Positions 36,234-47,302 of a DNA stretch of 64,000 nt are shown one piece after another. The stretch's first letter is position 1; every line of letters begins with the position of its first letter. The stretch spans positions 1,054,001 to 1,118,000 of the forward strand of contig NIVC01000020.1 in assembly GCA_002269645.1 (NCBI GenBank). Reading direction: 5' to 3'. The notes beneath the pieces were generated by a model. That model saw only the letters and a list, made by a program, of their open reading frames with translations. It did no database searches and had not been told where the DNA came from. The stretch comes from Macrostomum lignano (taxonomy: Eukaryota). Made by a program: the position numbers and the translations under genes.

Positions 36234-37230
36234 GGAATCGAGCCTGGGTCGCGGCACACCAGAGCAGCTGCGCTACCGCTGGGCTACGGCCCCCCTAAGG
36301 TGAGCATACAATCAGATACAAATACATGATCAATAATTAGGGATAAACTGCCGTCCTTCTTCTTCACCAGAATGACCGGGCTCGACCACGGAGAATTCGA
36401 AGGCTCTACGATGTCGTCTCTCACCATCTGCTCGACCATCTCTGACACAGCTCGCTGGTTCGGCGGCGACAATCTACGAGGAGGCACTCTGATAGGTTTC
36501 GCCGACCCGGTGTCAATTTTGTGGTCAAGGAGTGAAGTGCAGCCCAGGTCGTTTGGACTTTTCGAGAACACATCCTGGTACTGATGCAGAAGATCTTTGA
36601 CACACTGAACTTGATTGGCTGTAAGATTTTTTCTCTTCAATGTGCACATTTGGTACATACTCGGCGATTTGACCTTTCACTGTCTCAACTTGCATTGACA
36701 ACTCTGCATCGGCACCATCTGACATCGGCTCAAAAGTCCCCAGTCTTGTTCCGGGGTAAAATGTATGCGGCTTGGTGTCCGTATTGACATAGTGAACAGC
36801 GATGAGTCCTCCTCTCAACACCGAGAGGCTGCGCGCTCCACACATGACCGTGGAGATGTCCTTCGAATTGTCAGGCTCAAAAATGCCGCACTCACCATCA
36901 ACAGCTGCATCTGACTCACTTGCCAATCTCGCTGGGAAGACGATTTCGTGACCAGCGGGCACGGTTGTCCTGTCTGCTACCTCAACGGTGAATACACAGC
37001 TACTTGCTGCCGATGACTCCATTTTTATTTGCTGACCGCACACAGTGAGCGTTTGGCGATTGCAGTCGATGACGCAGCCACAGTTTGCCAGGAAATCTGC
37101 ACCCAGCAAAAAATCCTTGGCCAGATTGTCGACAACTAAAACTCTTTGTCGAACCGTTGCCACACCGAAACTTAGCTGCACTTCCTGCCAACCACAGGCA
37201 GCCAAATAGTTACCGTCTGCTAGCTTCAAC

Positions 37231-37747
37231 CGCTTCCGGACATTTGCCCTCCGGCACTTCCCCTCCGGCACTTGCCCTCCGGCACTTCCCCTCGGCGGCG
37301 TTTGCCCTCCGGACATTTGCCCTCCGGGACATTTCCCCTCCGGACATTTGCCCTCCGGACATTTGCCCTCCGGACATTTGCCCTCCGGACATTTCCCCTC
37401 CGCACATTTGCCCTCTGCAAATTTACCCCCTCGCACATTACTCACCTCACCTCCTCCTGTACCCACCCGTCGTTCCTCCAGCACCAACCTCATCCTCCCG
37501 CCTCTTGCATCCATCAGGTTCTTCTCCAGCCAACAACTCATCCTTTTCTAGTAAGCAATATATACCCGCGCCCTACCCTATCCCCAGCCTTACCTGTACT
37601 TTTCCAGAGGGGAAATGTCCGGAGGGCAAATGTCCGGAGGGGAAATGTCCCCGAGGGCAAATGTCCCCGAGGGCAAATGTCCGGAGGGGAAATGCCGGAG
37701 GGCAAATGTCCGGAGGGCAAATGCCGGAGGGCAAATGTCCGGTAGCC
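37231..37747. mobile_element. Foldback/MULE-like MITE, 517 bp
   Basis: Inverted arms built of 15-bp ccggacatttgccct repeats; 9-bp TSD AGCTTCAAC (37222-37230, 37748-37756); excision restores pol PVQLKL|ADGNYL. Confidence 0.9.
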
Positions 37748-37938
37748 AGCTTCAACTGCACCGGAATCGTCAAAGGCAGGAGCCTCTCATTCAGCTTGCG
37801 AAACAGGGAACTTGACATCAGAGACTGGGAACACCCAGTGTCAACTAGACAGCTGGCAGGGACACACATTGGCAGGATGCGACAGTTTACCAGCATGTTG
37901 GCACCAGTGGCTGAGCAGGACACCTCTACGACTGGTTG

Positions 37939-37998
37939 CGCCGGGATTCTCACTTGCGGAACGGCACCCCGGCGGTCGCCGCTCCATCGAAGTTTCCC
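37939..37998 (-). promoter_or_regulatory. Programmed -1 ribosomal frameshift signal (gag-pol)
   Basis: Slippery G_GGA_AAC (37998-37992) in the gag frame, 6-nt spacer, stem 1 ggagcggc/gccgttcc, loop cgccggg pairing with downstream cccggcg; pol continues in the -1 frame. Confidence 0.85.
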
Positions 37999-38797
37999 GA
38001 CTTCTGAGTGCAAAATCTTTGAACATGGCCCGGCTTACCGCACTTCCAGCATGTCACAACTCTGCGTCTGTCGTCGCTCTGACGATGATCCTGGTCCTTT
38101 GACTCCCAGCGGCTGAGCTTGTTGGACAGCTCCTTCAGGGACCGTTGAATTCCGACTGCAAAGGCTTCGGGAATCTCAGCAGCTAGAGCCGTAGCAGTGC
38201 CTCCTTGCGACTGTATCGATTCCACGAATCGCGCTGTTTCAACTGTATCAGTGAATGTCGCCTTTGGCTGCATCTGCGTCTGCATTCGCACAGCTGGGTC
38301 CCTCAATCCGGATAGAAACCGACCTTTGAGAAGCTCGTCCTTCGCTGTCACCGACGTCTCCTGCTCGGCACCTGCTTTCGTCTCCATCAGACTCGGGAAC
38401 GCACGCTTTGCCGCAACGATCAGGGCATCGGAATAGTCTGCAACCGACTGACCGTCCTTTTGAGTCAGATTGAAGAACTGCGCCTGCAGCTCAGCAGAGG
38501 ATGTTGATGGCCGAAATCGATTTTTCAGAGCCTTCTCAAAGTCGTCGTAGGACAGGGCAGCATCCAAATTGCTGGCCGCTTGATATGATTTGTCGTCGAG
38601 GAATGACAGCAGAGCATTCTTGCGCTGATCCACAGGAAGAGATGATGCGAAATTGTTGAATCGTGCCAGCCAAAGTTCAAAGTCTTGTCCATGCTGGTAT
38701 TGAGGCGGCCGCAAAAACATGTTGACAAAACTAGCTTGGGGCTGAGTCACCGCCACTGTAGGGCTCTCTGCACTGCCTTCATTTTCAGTCATAGCCG

Positions 38798-38908
38798 CCG
38801 CTGCCACCAATGTAAGAACAAGCGAAAACGAGAAATTGGCTTAAGACGTAGACCGACTCTTGGCTGCCCAGGGCGCCAAGGCATTCATTTATATATTATC
38901 ATTGTACA
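38798..38908 (-). promoter_or_regulatory. Gypsy primer-binding site and short TG...CA 5' LTR
   Basis: Minus strand TGTACA...TTACA (38908-38811, 98 bp, contains tatataaa), then T, then TGGTGGCAGCGG (38809-38798), complementary to a tRNA-Leu-type 3' end (from recall). Confidence 0.7.
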
Positions 38909-38980
38909 GCGAGCAAATGTACATAAGAGCTAGTGAACGTGCGCACACGCAATCAACTAAGCAAACCATCTTACACAGGC

Positions 38981-40074
38981 ATGGAGGCTAACATTCACTC
39001 AGCAGGACAGAGAAACGCGATTTTTACACTCTTGAGTCTCGGCCAGAAATGCCCCGAAATTCACGACAATCTGACACGCATTCACGGTTCTGATGCCATC
39101 AGTCGAAGAACGGTCTACCCGTGGATAGAGCAGTTCGAGGCTGGCCGCCAGTGCGTTTCCAACTTGCCAAAAAGTGGACGCCCTTCGACTTCTGCATCCA
39201 AAGAGCTGCCTGACCGGATCTTGGATTTGCCGGAAGAAGATCCTCGCTGCACCATCCGGCAGATTTCTGACAGACTGAACGCCCCTAAATCCAGTGTGCA
39301 CCGCAGCATTGTTGGCAGCATGGGACTGGTGAAGCTCAGTGCTCGTTGGGTGCCGCGACTTCTAATGGAGGATTTGAAGAGACAACGCATGGAGAGTTGC
39401 CAAGCAAACCTGGACCGTGCGAATCAGCTTGGATGGGAGAACTTCAGGTGATGAGACACCTCACCGGTGATGAGACATAGATCCCTCACTTCAATCCTCT
39501 CACCAAGTCGCAGTCCATGGTCTGGACAACGAAGGGATCGAATCCTCCGATCAAAGCACAGCAGCAACCGCATGCTCAGAAGATCATGACATCGGTTTTC
39601 TTTGATTGCCGCGGTCCTCTTACGATTGACTTCTTGGAGCCCAACACGACGGTCAACGCTGACCGTTATGTCCAAACCCTAAACAAACTTCGGCGAGACA
39701 TCAGCAACAGGAGGCGCGGAGGTCAACAGCCACTAATGCTGCTCCATGACAACGCCAGGCCACATACAGCCAGACGGACTCAGGAGGCTCTAGAGAAGCT
39801 GCACTTTAACATCTTGCCTCGCCCACCATACTCGCCTGACTTGGCTCCGCTGGACTTCGCTGTGTTCCCCCGCTTGAAGCAACTGCTGCGAGGTCATGTC
39901 CACGAGAATCGAGACTGCATCCTGGATGCTGTGCGTCACACACTGGTGCATCAGATTCAGCCACAGTTTTATGCCGATGCAATTGATTCGCTTCGACAAC
40001 GATGGCAGAAGTGCATCCAGCTGCACGGCGACTACGTCGAGAAGAGGACGGTGCCCACAGAAGATGATGAATAG
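38981..40074 (+). pseudogene. Mariner DD34D transposase, disrupted
   Basis: HTH (SRRTVYPW..F), GRP, WVPRLL, TGDET, HDNARPH, YSPDLAPLDF with 34 residues between the 2nd and 3rd Asp; a duplicated ggtgatgagaca causes a frameshift, and TAG replaces the Trp after TGDET. Confidence 0.92.
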
Positions 40075-40402
40075 ATGCGTTACTGTGTGTAAAACTGCTT
40101 CGTGGGTTTTGTGCGGAACTGTTTGGAACTTTCTTTGTGTTTGTTTGATTTTCAAAATTCAAGCGTTAAAATGTTGCTAGATTGTACCACTTTTTAATGC
40201 CATGCTCTGTAAGTTAAGTGTTCTTTTAGAATCCGTTTTACATGCAAAAGTGACACTACTTCTGGGACACCCCTCGTAAAGCCGAAGGTGCTACCACGCG
40301 TAAAAGTACGCAGATTCAGGGCATCAAGCCCTGTGTTGTTAATCCGGTCTATACAGACTTGTAACAAGCCACAAGTCAACCGACAAGAGTACAAATGGAC
40401 CA

Positions 40403-40591
40403 ATGCGCCCAATGGCAGGTGCTATGGAAATCGAGCGCTTGGAGGTAGGAAGCAACTTCTCCAGGTGGTTCGACAGATTTTCAATCGTTGCGCAGTTATA
40501 TGCATGGGACGCGAAAGCGATGGCCCAAATGCTTTTGATGCGTCTATCCATGGCCCTTGTTGTGTCTGAGACTGAAGTTATCTGTGGGTAG
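40403..40591 (+). mobile_element. Retrotransposon gag N-terminal fragment
   Basis: ERLEVGSNFSRWFDRFSIVAQLYAWDAKAMAQMLLMRL fits the F..W..RF..VA....W gag pattern; truncated. Confidence 0.45.
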
Positions 40592-42497
40592 CTCGTGCAA
40601 CATTCTAAATGTTATAGAGCACTGAAGTTCCCGGCACCAAAATTTTCAACCGTAGTCACAATAATCTTTTTGGCCACCTGCCATCAAAATAAAACATTTG
40701 ATTTCTAACCTTACTTTTGAGATCTCTGGGACTCAACAGCCCTGTATGGTGGCCGACCACGGCCTACCAACGACCGACCGACCAACCAATGGCCGACCAA
40801 CGCTGGCCGATCATGTTGTTGATCCGGTCAGTACAGATCTGTAAAAACTCATTCATGAGTCACTTATGAGTCACTCATGAACTCATTAGTGACTCACTCT
40901 TTATATGACATGCGCTGAAGACGTAGGCTCAAATGTATTCAGTTAAGAGAACCGCCCCGCAAGAGACAGTTGGCTCTGCTCACTGTATATCCCTGGAAAA
41001 TAGCTTTTCTCAGGCAGCGGATTAAACTGCACGGGAAAAAGCCAATATTGATACGCCCTCGCGTGACGCTCGGCATTCCTGCAGAAATGGCAGCGAAGAC
41101 GAACGTTCAAAACACTCTACAATTCCACATTGAACTGTGGAAACTGTGAAGCTGTTTCCACAGTGAAATTTAATACGGAAAGCTTTCGAAGAAATGTCTC
41201 AACAGGACTCAACGCTGAGTAGCAAGAAGCAGAGCGGAGAAGAACGTGTATGAGTAGTGTTTGAGCATGGAGACGCTCAATGAGGTTGATAGCCTGCCGC
41301 ACCTTCTAGCAGAGAATGGGAACGACGCCGAGGAGAGCATAGGAGGCCCAGCATTGTGCATATCTGTGCTTAGCCAGCAGACTTTGCATTGTACTTTGAT
41401 ATACAAGATATCATCATATTTTTTCTGAGCCTGCCTCAAGTCAGCTTCAGTTGCAGTCTCATTCGGCTTGAAATTCTGCACCGGCATCTCATTCTCCGGC
41501 TTAGGAATCAAGAGCCATTTCTAAAAAATTCAACTTGTTTCTTCTTCTTTATCAGCATAAGCAGAATCGCGATTATTTTGATGAAGCCAGCCTTCAGCAA
41601 TTCTCCCTTGCTTCTCAGGTTAATAATTTGGAAAATTGTCTTTTTTGACTTTGCAAGAACAGCTTTTTCTCATCGAGCGAAAGCTACCAGATTGTTACGC
41701 AAGAGGCAAGAAAATAACGCACTTCTTTTTCGAGCAATTTTCACCCACAGCCGCTTGAAGCTCACGGCATATTTAGGTGACGCTAGAACCGCAAAAAAGG
41801 CTTTCATGTCAATCAAGGACCTCTTCCATAGTGATGAAAACAATTGTTGATCAAAAAACAAGCTTCTCTTTCTTAAGCAAAAGCAAGATGGGTTGGGCAG
41901 AATTCTGGCTCTCTCTCGCAGCTCATCGGGAGTTGGTGGGTGAAACTCCAGAAGAAGGCAGGCTCCCCTGCCCTGCGCAGTCACATGCTTATACACTGAG
42001 AGCAGAAAGCCGGGCTTCTCTGCAAAGCACTGCCTACCCAGTGCAGCAATCTGCAGTTGGTCTCTGGGGTTTTTCTGTTCAAGCTCATTGTTCGCAACTC
42101 TTTTCCCTTGAAAAAATATTCTCTGGATCAGAATTGCCGGTACTAAAAAGCTCAGCAAGAGATGCGCGACTGCAAATCTTCCAATCTACTCGCTACATGG
42201 CATGGCAGCTCTTGGTCTCAGTGAGTCTCAGTCACTCCTTTACCGGTAGTTCTTCTCATTCAAATTTTTAAAGGTTTTAACGGTTGAAGCCGAAACATCC
42301 TTAAATCTTAACTTGAAATCTGATAAAAATATTGGATCAGGTTGATAAAGCCCATAATGCAACCTGAAATTTTACAGCCATTTCATGGGCTGTATTGTTC
42401 TAGAAACTGTGAGCTATATCTGTAAAATAGTTCTGCCAATTCTAAAATAACTCTGGCCCCGCAAGCCAATGGCATCACTCACAGAAAGCTGAATGCA

Positions 42498-42504
42498 TAT
42501 AAAA
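42498..42504 (+). promoter_or_regulatory. TATA box candidate for the lectin gene
   Basis: TATAAAA about 50 nt upstream of the ATG at 42552. Confidence 0.45.
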
Positions 42505-42551
42505 GCCATCAGCTCAATCAAGCCGCAGCAAAAGCAGCTCCTGCTGCAGCC

Positions 42552-43283
42552 ATGCATCAGCTTGAGTGCCTCAAGACTGCCTTTGTCTTTGCCTCACTGC
42601 TGAGCACTGCTCTGAGCAGCCAGTCCTGCTCCCTGAAATTCACTCCCATCAACGGCTCCCTTTGCATCAACAGCGACTTCGTTCGAACATTCCTGAGCGT
42701 GAATTCGAAGCAGCAGTGCGCCATTCTGTGCCGCAACAGGCCGCAGTGCCAGGCCTTCAGCCTGTCCGACGGTCCGTGCCAGCTGTTCGAGTTCAACAAG
42801 TGCAGCAAGTCTGTGAGGGACTGCGGCTGCTCCAGACGAGGCCAGGTGTTCGTGAGGTAGCAGCCGGGACTGCCAGCGGGACAGCTGTGTCCGCCCGGAT
42901 ACGGAGACGACTTCTGCGGAGTCAAGTACAAGCAGCACGGAGGCTCGTGGAACGTCATACAATCGACATGCGAGTCGGAGAGCGGTCTGGTGATCATGGC
43001 CGACGTGACGAGCAGCTCGGAGATGAGCCACGTGGAGTCGCTTCGTCACGGCAACTCCCTGTGGCTCGGGGGCTTTCAGGCGGCCGGCAGCGCGGAGCCT
43101 GATGGCGGCTGGTACTGGGTCGGCTGCAACATCCCTGTGGACCTCAGCCTGTGGGCCGATGGCGAGCCAAACAATGCCGGTGGTAATCAAGACAAGCTCG
43201 CTGCCTTTTCCGGAAAGAGCGGCCTCACTGACTTGTCTTCGACCAGCTACGGTCTCTGCGAGTGCCTGTCGCCCTTCAACTGA
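42552..43283 (+). CDS. Secreted PAN/apple + C-type lectin protein with one in-frame TAG (42858-42860)
   Basis: Signal-like N-terminus, apple-type C...CAILC...CQAFS...C, then the same frame resumes QPGLPAGQLCPPG...LWLGG...WYW...WADGEPNN...C; ORFs 42552 and 42990 are in the same frame. Confidence 0.8.
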
Positions 43284-44229
43284 GCTTAAGAAAATTGGAT
43301 TTTTTTCACCAGCAACTTTTTAACTCTCATAAAACCAGGAATTTTAATTTTTAACAAAAACTTATCAGAAAGAGTCAAAGCATGTAAAACTTCTTTTGCA
43401 AAACTTAAAACTTTGCGTCCGGTTTTTCGTGTATTAAAAGTATAACAAACAGCTTTGATTATCCTTTGAATAATTAACGAGAAGCAGCAAGCAGCATTTG
43501 CCAAAAATCTAAACAGCTGCGCAACTCGCAAACCGCTTTTTCTCTTTCTCACGCGTTTCAGCCTCATCAACTAGTGAAGCAGTCGCTACTCAGTTGGGTC
43601 TCGGGATCTGCAACCATGTTTTTGTTCTTGTTGTCATGGCAACTCTACCCTCAGTTACTCTAAAACTCTGTATACGTTACAGTCATTCTGACTAGCTTTT
43701 CTGACGCTTATTTCCTACAGGTTTCTCCTTATTTACGCTTTCGTGGCTGCACTCGATACCAAACCCTTTGGCTCGTAAGGCCCATTATGATCCATTAAAT
43801 CAAATTTGCGCAGCACACTACTTTTGAAAGAGTAGCATTTCTTTGGCTATAATTTTTCACTTCTGCTGAGCTGAGGAAAATATTTGCCCAACCTCCATCC
43901 CTGAGCGCAGGGCAGGTGCCAACGGAGCCGCCTTCTCCTGAATGTGCGGCCACTAAGGTGGCAAACCACCGAGGACGACAAAGTGCTGGGGCTGCCGATG
44001 GCCGACACAAGGCGCTCCGTACCGCAACCCGACGTGTTCACCAGGACTCGCGGTCTGGCCATCCGGAGCCTCGAGGGCAAAGACCTCCACCTGACTCTAT
44101 CTCCCGTCATGCACTTGAAACAAAGAATACTTCGGCTGTACGGAATGTCGAAAAACTGTACGAAGTATTGAAAAAGCAGTCTTACTAGTTGGTAATGTGA
44201 TCTCCCCTTGCATTGATTACAGCTTTGCA

Positions 44230-44800
44230 ATGCTCAACAAGTCGCTGAACCTCTCTTTTCAAGCAATCATCATCAAGGCCTCTGGCAAACTGCAACGCAG
44301 CTTCTCGAACTTCATTGGTGGTCGCTGATCTCACCTTGGCCAAGCCTGCACCTGTTGCTTTACTTTGTACCTGTGTTGTTCATGTACACCCCGTCTCATC
44401 TTCCACCTTCAACTTGTTGAAAAGTTATTTTCATGCCATCGTTGTAAAAAAGACTGCGAATATGTTCTCCTCGGGGAGAGCATGCGGAACCCAGCCAGCA
44501 GAAACTCTTCGAAGGTGCAAAACCTCAGTCGAAATTTCGTGCACTGCTGTTTTTCCAACTTTCACAAAGTCGGCGAGGTCTTTGACACTAACTTTTGGAT
44601 CCTCTTCAACAAGAGCTCGGCAGGTCTAGATCAGTTCCTTTGGGTCCTTGTTGACCGTGGCCGGCCAGTCCGAGGAGCTGAGACCAGGGGAAATGCTTCA
44701 TCCACAGAACTTTGAGTACCATCTGTAAACCGTTGACTGACCTGGTGCCGCAACTCCATAAAATTTGAGTAGCATGGACACCCGAATTAAAACTAACGGA
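44230..44800 (-). mobile_element. Degenerate mariner transposase relic
   Basis: Minus strand STVYRWYSKF (HTH), EEDPKVSVKDLA, GWVPHAL (44476-44496); multiple stops. Confidence 0.7.
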
Positions 44801-45929
44801 GCAGCCAGCTGCAAGACAACTTGCTGGCAGCTACAAGAGCTCACTAACCTGGCCGCTGACCGTCCATCTCCATCCTGGTGGTCCAGAAACACCACAGGCA
44901 CTCTGAGGACATCATCAATGTCGACATGCTGTTGCAGGCATGCAATATTCGCCCTGCGGGACAGGAGGCTGCACATAACTTGTGTACGCTTCAACTGCCG
45001 CTGTTACATCCGAGAATCGCCAACGCCTGCATCATCGCACAGGCAGCAGCGGCCATGAGCAGCAGGTTGAAATCCACGCCAGAGAGGCGGTAGCTGAGAT
45101 CCATCTGGCCACCGAGAACTGTCTGCATGCAGCCGCCTAGCGCTGCATCAACAGGTTGATCGGTCGCAGAAAGAACTGCAACACCATCGTCGCTGCCAAG
45201 TCCCCGGAAGATCGCAAGCAGCTGGTGGCCTCGCACTACCAGCTGGTGTTTAACACTCCCGATCCTGGCCTGCTTCTCCCACCAGCCTCCAGCCTGACAC
45301 CCGCCCCAGCTAAGTCCTTTTGTTGCACCACAATCACCATGACCAAGGCAGGAGGTTGGTAAAGTCCTGAATAAAATGCGAGCGGACGCTGCATCTTGAG
45401 TCGACGGAATCCCCCCGAAACTGCTGAAGTTAGCTGAGCTGATTGGCACTGTGACGAGTCTGCTCAACTGACCAGTTGGATGCCTTGCTCAACTGACCAA
45501 CTGACCTTTGGGTAACTGCTGTGTTTGTGGGGACAAGTCCGCCTCTGCATGCCACCATGCAGTTGAAGACTTCGAAGATCATCTCTGTTTTTGTGGCCAT
45601 AGACGACTCAGTCGTGTTGCGGGTGAAACGATTGTTTCCATGGACACATTCGGTTTCCTGCTGCGCGCAATTATGTTGATGAAATGAAGAGGTCGAACGT
45701 ACCAAACTAAGAATTAAGAATAATAAAATGGATTGAGAGCTGAGCACTGTGTCACGCTCAAATTGAAGACTTAAAGACAAAGTACAACAAGTCGCATACA
45801 CACCCAGTGATGAGTTAAAGAAGAAATGCTTCGAGCCTTTAAATAAAAGGAAAAAATTTTACGATGAAATAAAATAAAACGCTCATCTAAGAGTGCAACT
45901 GTTATGTGACCTTGTTGGTTGATTATGAT

Positions 45930-46330
45930 TGCCTATGTCAGGGGAAGGAACATCCCGTATGTCGACGTGATGTCAAGGTTCGAGTTCGACGAGACGACCG
46001 AAATGAAGGAAGTGACCGGAAAGCATAGTCCACTGGATGGAGGTGCTAGTCGGGACACAATACCGCTGTGATGGCCCGTTATAAGGACCAATAAACCGGA
46101 GACAGAGCGCAAGGCCGGTGGATCTGGATGCAAAGGATGATGCAGATCCTTCAATCGATATGCGTCGGTCACCACCAGACGCAGCGTGATCGCACAAACA
46201 AAGGAGTCCCTCCGGAGCGGCTCCCTCTTTGTTGGTGAGGAGATGTGGCATCGCAAGAGTGCATCCCTCCGGCGTTATCACTGCCCTGTACAAGTACGTA
46301 CAGCCAACACTCAATTCAATAATTTATTTA
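45930..46330 (+). mobile_element. Possible LTR-retrotransposon pol relic
   Basis: GRNIPYVDVMSRF resembles the RNase H end G..N..AD.LSR; purine run gaggaga followed by TGTGG (possible PPT/LTR start). Confidence 0.3.
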
Positions 46331-47006
46331 TCACGCAATTTATCTTAGCCAAATATACAAGTCAGCCCTGCTCAGTGCAAGCGGCCCTTTGAGTTTTTTC
46401 ATGTCTGCCTAGCACCATATCGCGACATTTGACTTTTCTTCATACGCGAAAGTTATAAGTCGACTGTGTGGTTTCTGCCGACTGTTATTTGCTCGCTGCG
46501 TTAATAAGAGCGCTGTTGGGTGTGGCCATAGACGACTCAGTCGCACACACACCCAGCCATAAGCTAAGGAAGCGATGCTTCAAGCTTGGAAAATAAAAAT
46601 GAATGTTACGATAACATGAAATAAGACGCTCGGTTAATAGAGCAATTATTAAGAGGTCTTCGCTCACTGTCTTCCGCCAGAGAGGAAGTCATAACAAGCG
46701 CAAAATGCTATAATAATATAATAATGCTATGCAGCATTGCCGCAGAGAATGGTCTATGGCCGACCTTACAGTTGTACCTAAGTCATCATAGCAAGCCCAA
46801 GCGGAGTGCATTACAAGGTCAAGACTTTCTAAATTCTTGCTAAACGCTAGCAGCATAAATGGTTAAACTCCGACTTCCTCGACAAGTAACAAATAAGAAT
46901 AAAATCACGATGCGATTTTAGGCTCTACTAAACGCTATTAATTGTAACTTCATTACCGACAATGACCCCTGTCAGTAGTTAAACATAGTAACTACTATTT
47001 ATATTT

Positions 47007-47302
47007 GATTACACCTGCCCTAGCCTAATTGGGGCAGATGCGAAACCGACAGCTCAGCCGCAGCTATTGCGCGGCGCATCTGAAGGCTGCGCACGCCTGT
47101 TCAGTCCAAGGACTGGGGGGTCGCCACACACACACCCTCAATTACCCCAGCTAACGCTGGCACCCATTCTACAGCTGGGTAAACTGAATCAATGCAGATT
47201 TGAGTGTCTTGCTTAAGGACACAAATTGTTCCACTGGAATCGGGAATCGAACCCCAAATTTTCAAGTCGTGAGTCCGACGCTCTAACTACTAGGCTACAA
47301 CC
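47007..47302 (-). mobile_element. tRNA-derived SINE, copy 2 of the 14620-14901 family
   Basis: Colinear similarity across the whole length (gattacacctgccctag...gctcagccgcagct...ggcacccatt.tacagctgg...gtcgtgagtccgacgctct...taggctacaacc). Confidence 0.88.

Larger units (their letters stand above)
29085..38908 (-). mobile_element. Ty3/gypsy LTR retrotransposon (5' LTR, PBS, gag, protease, RT; 3' part deleted), interrupted by two insertions
   Basis: gag 38792-37950 with CCHC knuckle (CWKCGKPGHVQRFC); protease LVDTG; RT PVILVKKKDGSL (36345) resumes as KKDGSLRFVNDFRLLN...LDFTSGY...FLDDVVIFS (29807-29280); continues past a stop as EVRQFLGLCGYYRHFV to ~29085. Confidence 0.92.
28886..40277 (+). mobile_element. 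Mariner (DD34D) element, apparently split by a gypsy insertion
   Basis: Left TIR agaggggtgtcccaaaattagtgtcacttttgc (~28887-28919) is the near-perfect inverse of right TIR gcaaaagtgacactacttctgggacacccctcg|TA (~40243-40277); the transposase lies at 38981-40074. Confidence 0.65.

Noticed and set aside
41100-42290. Overlapping 100-164-aa ORFs on both strands
   Set aside because: No recognisable domain, broken by stops and frameshifts; could be a decayed transposase but I cannot support it.
44765-45470. GC-richer ORF fragments, possibly a LINE endonuclease relic
   Set aside because: Only a vague FNC-type motif; not enough to call.
45594-46545. Repeated tgtggccatagacgactcagtcg (at ~45594 and ~46521)
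   Set aside because: A ~22-bp direct repeat with no clear LTR/TSD structure; probably a TE end fragment.
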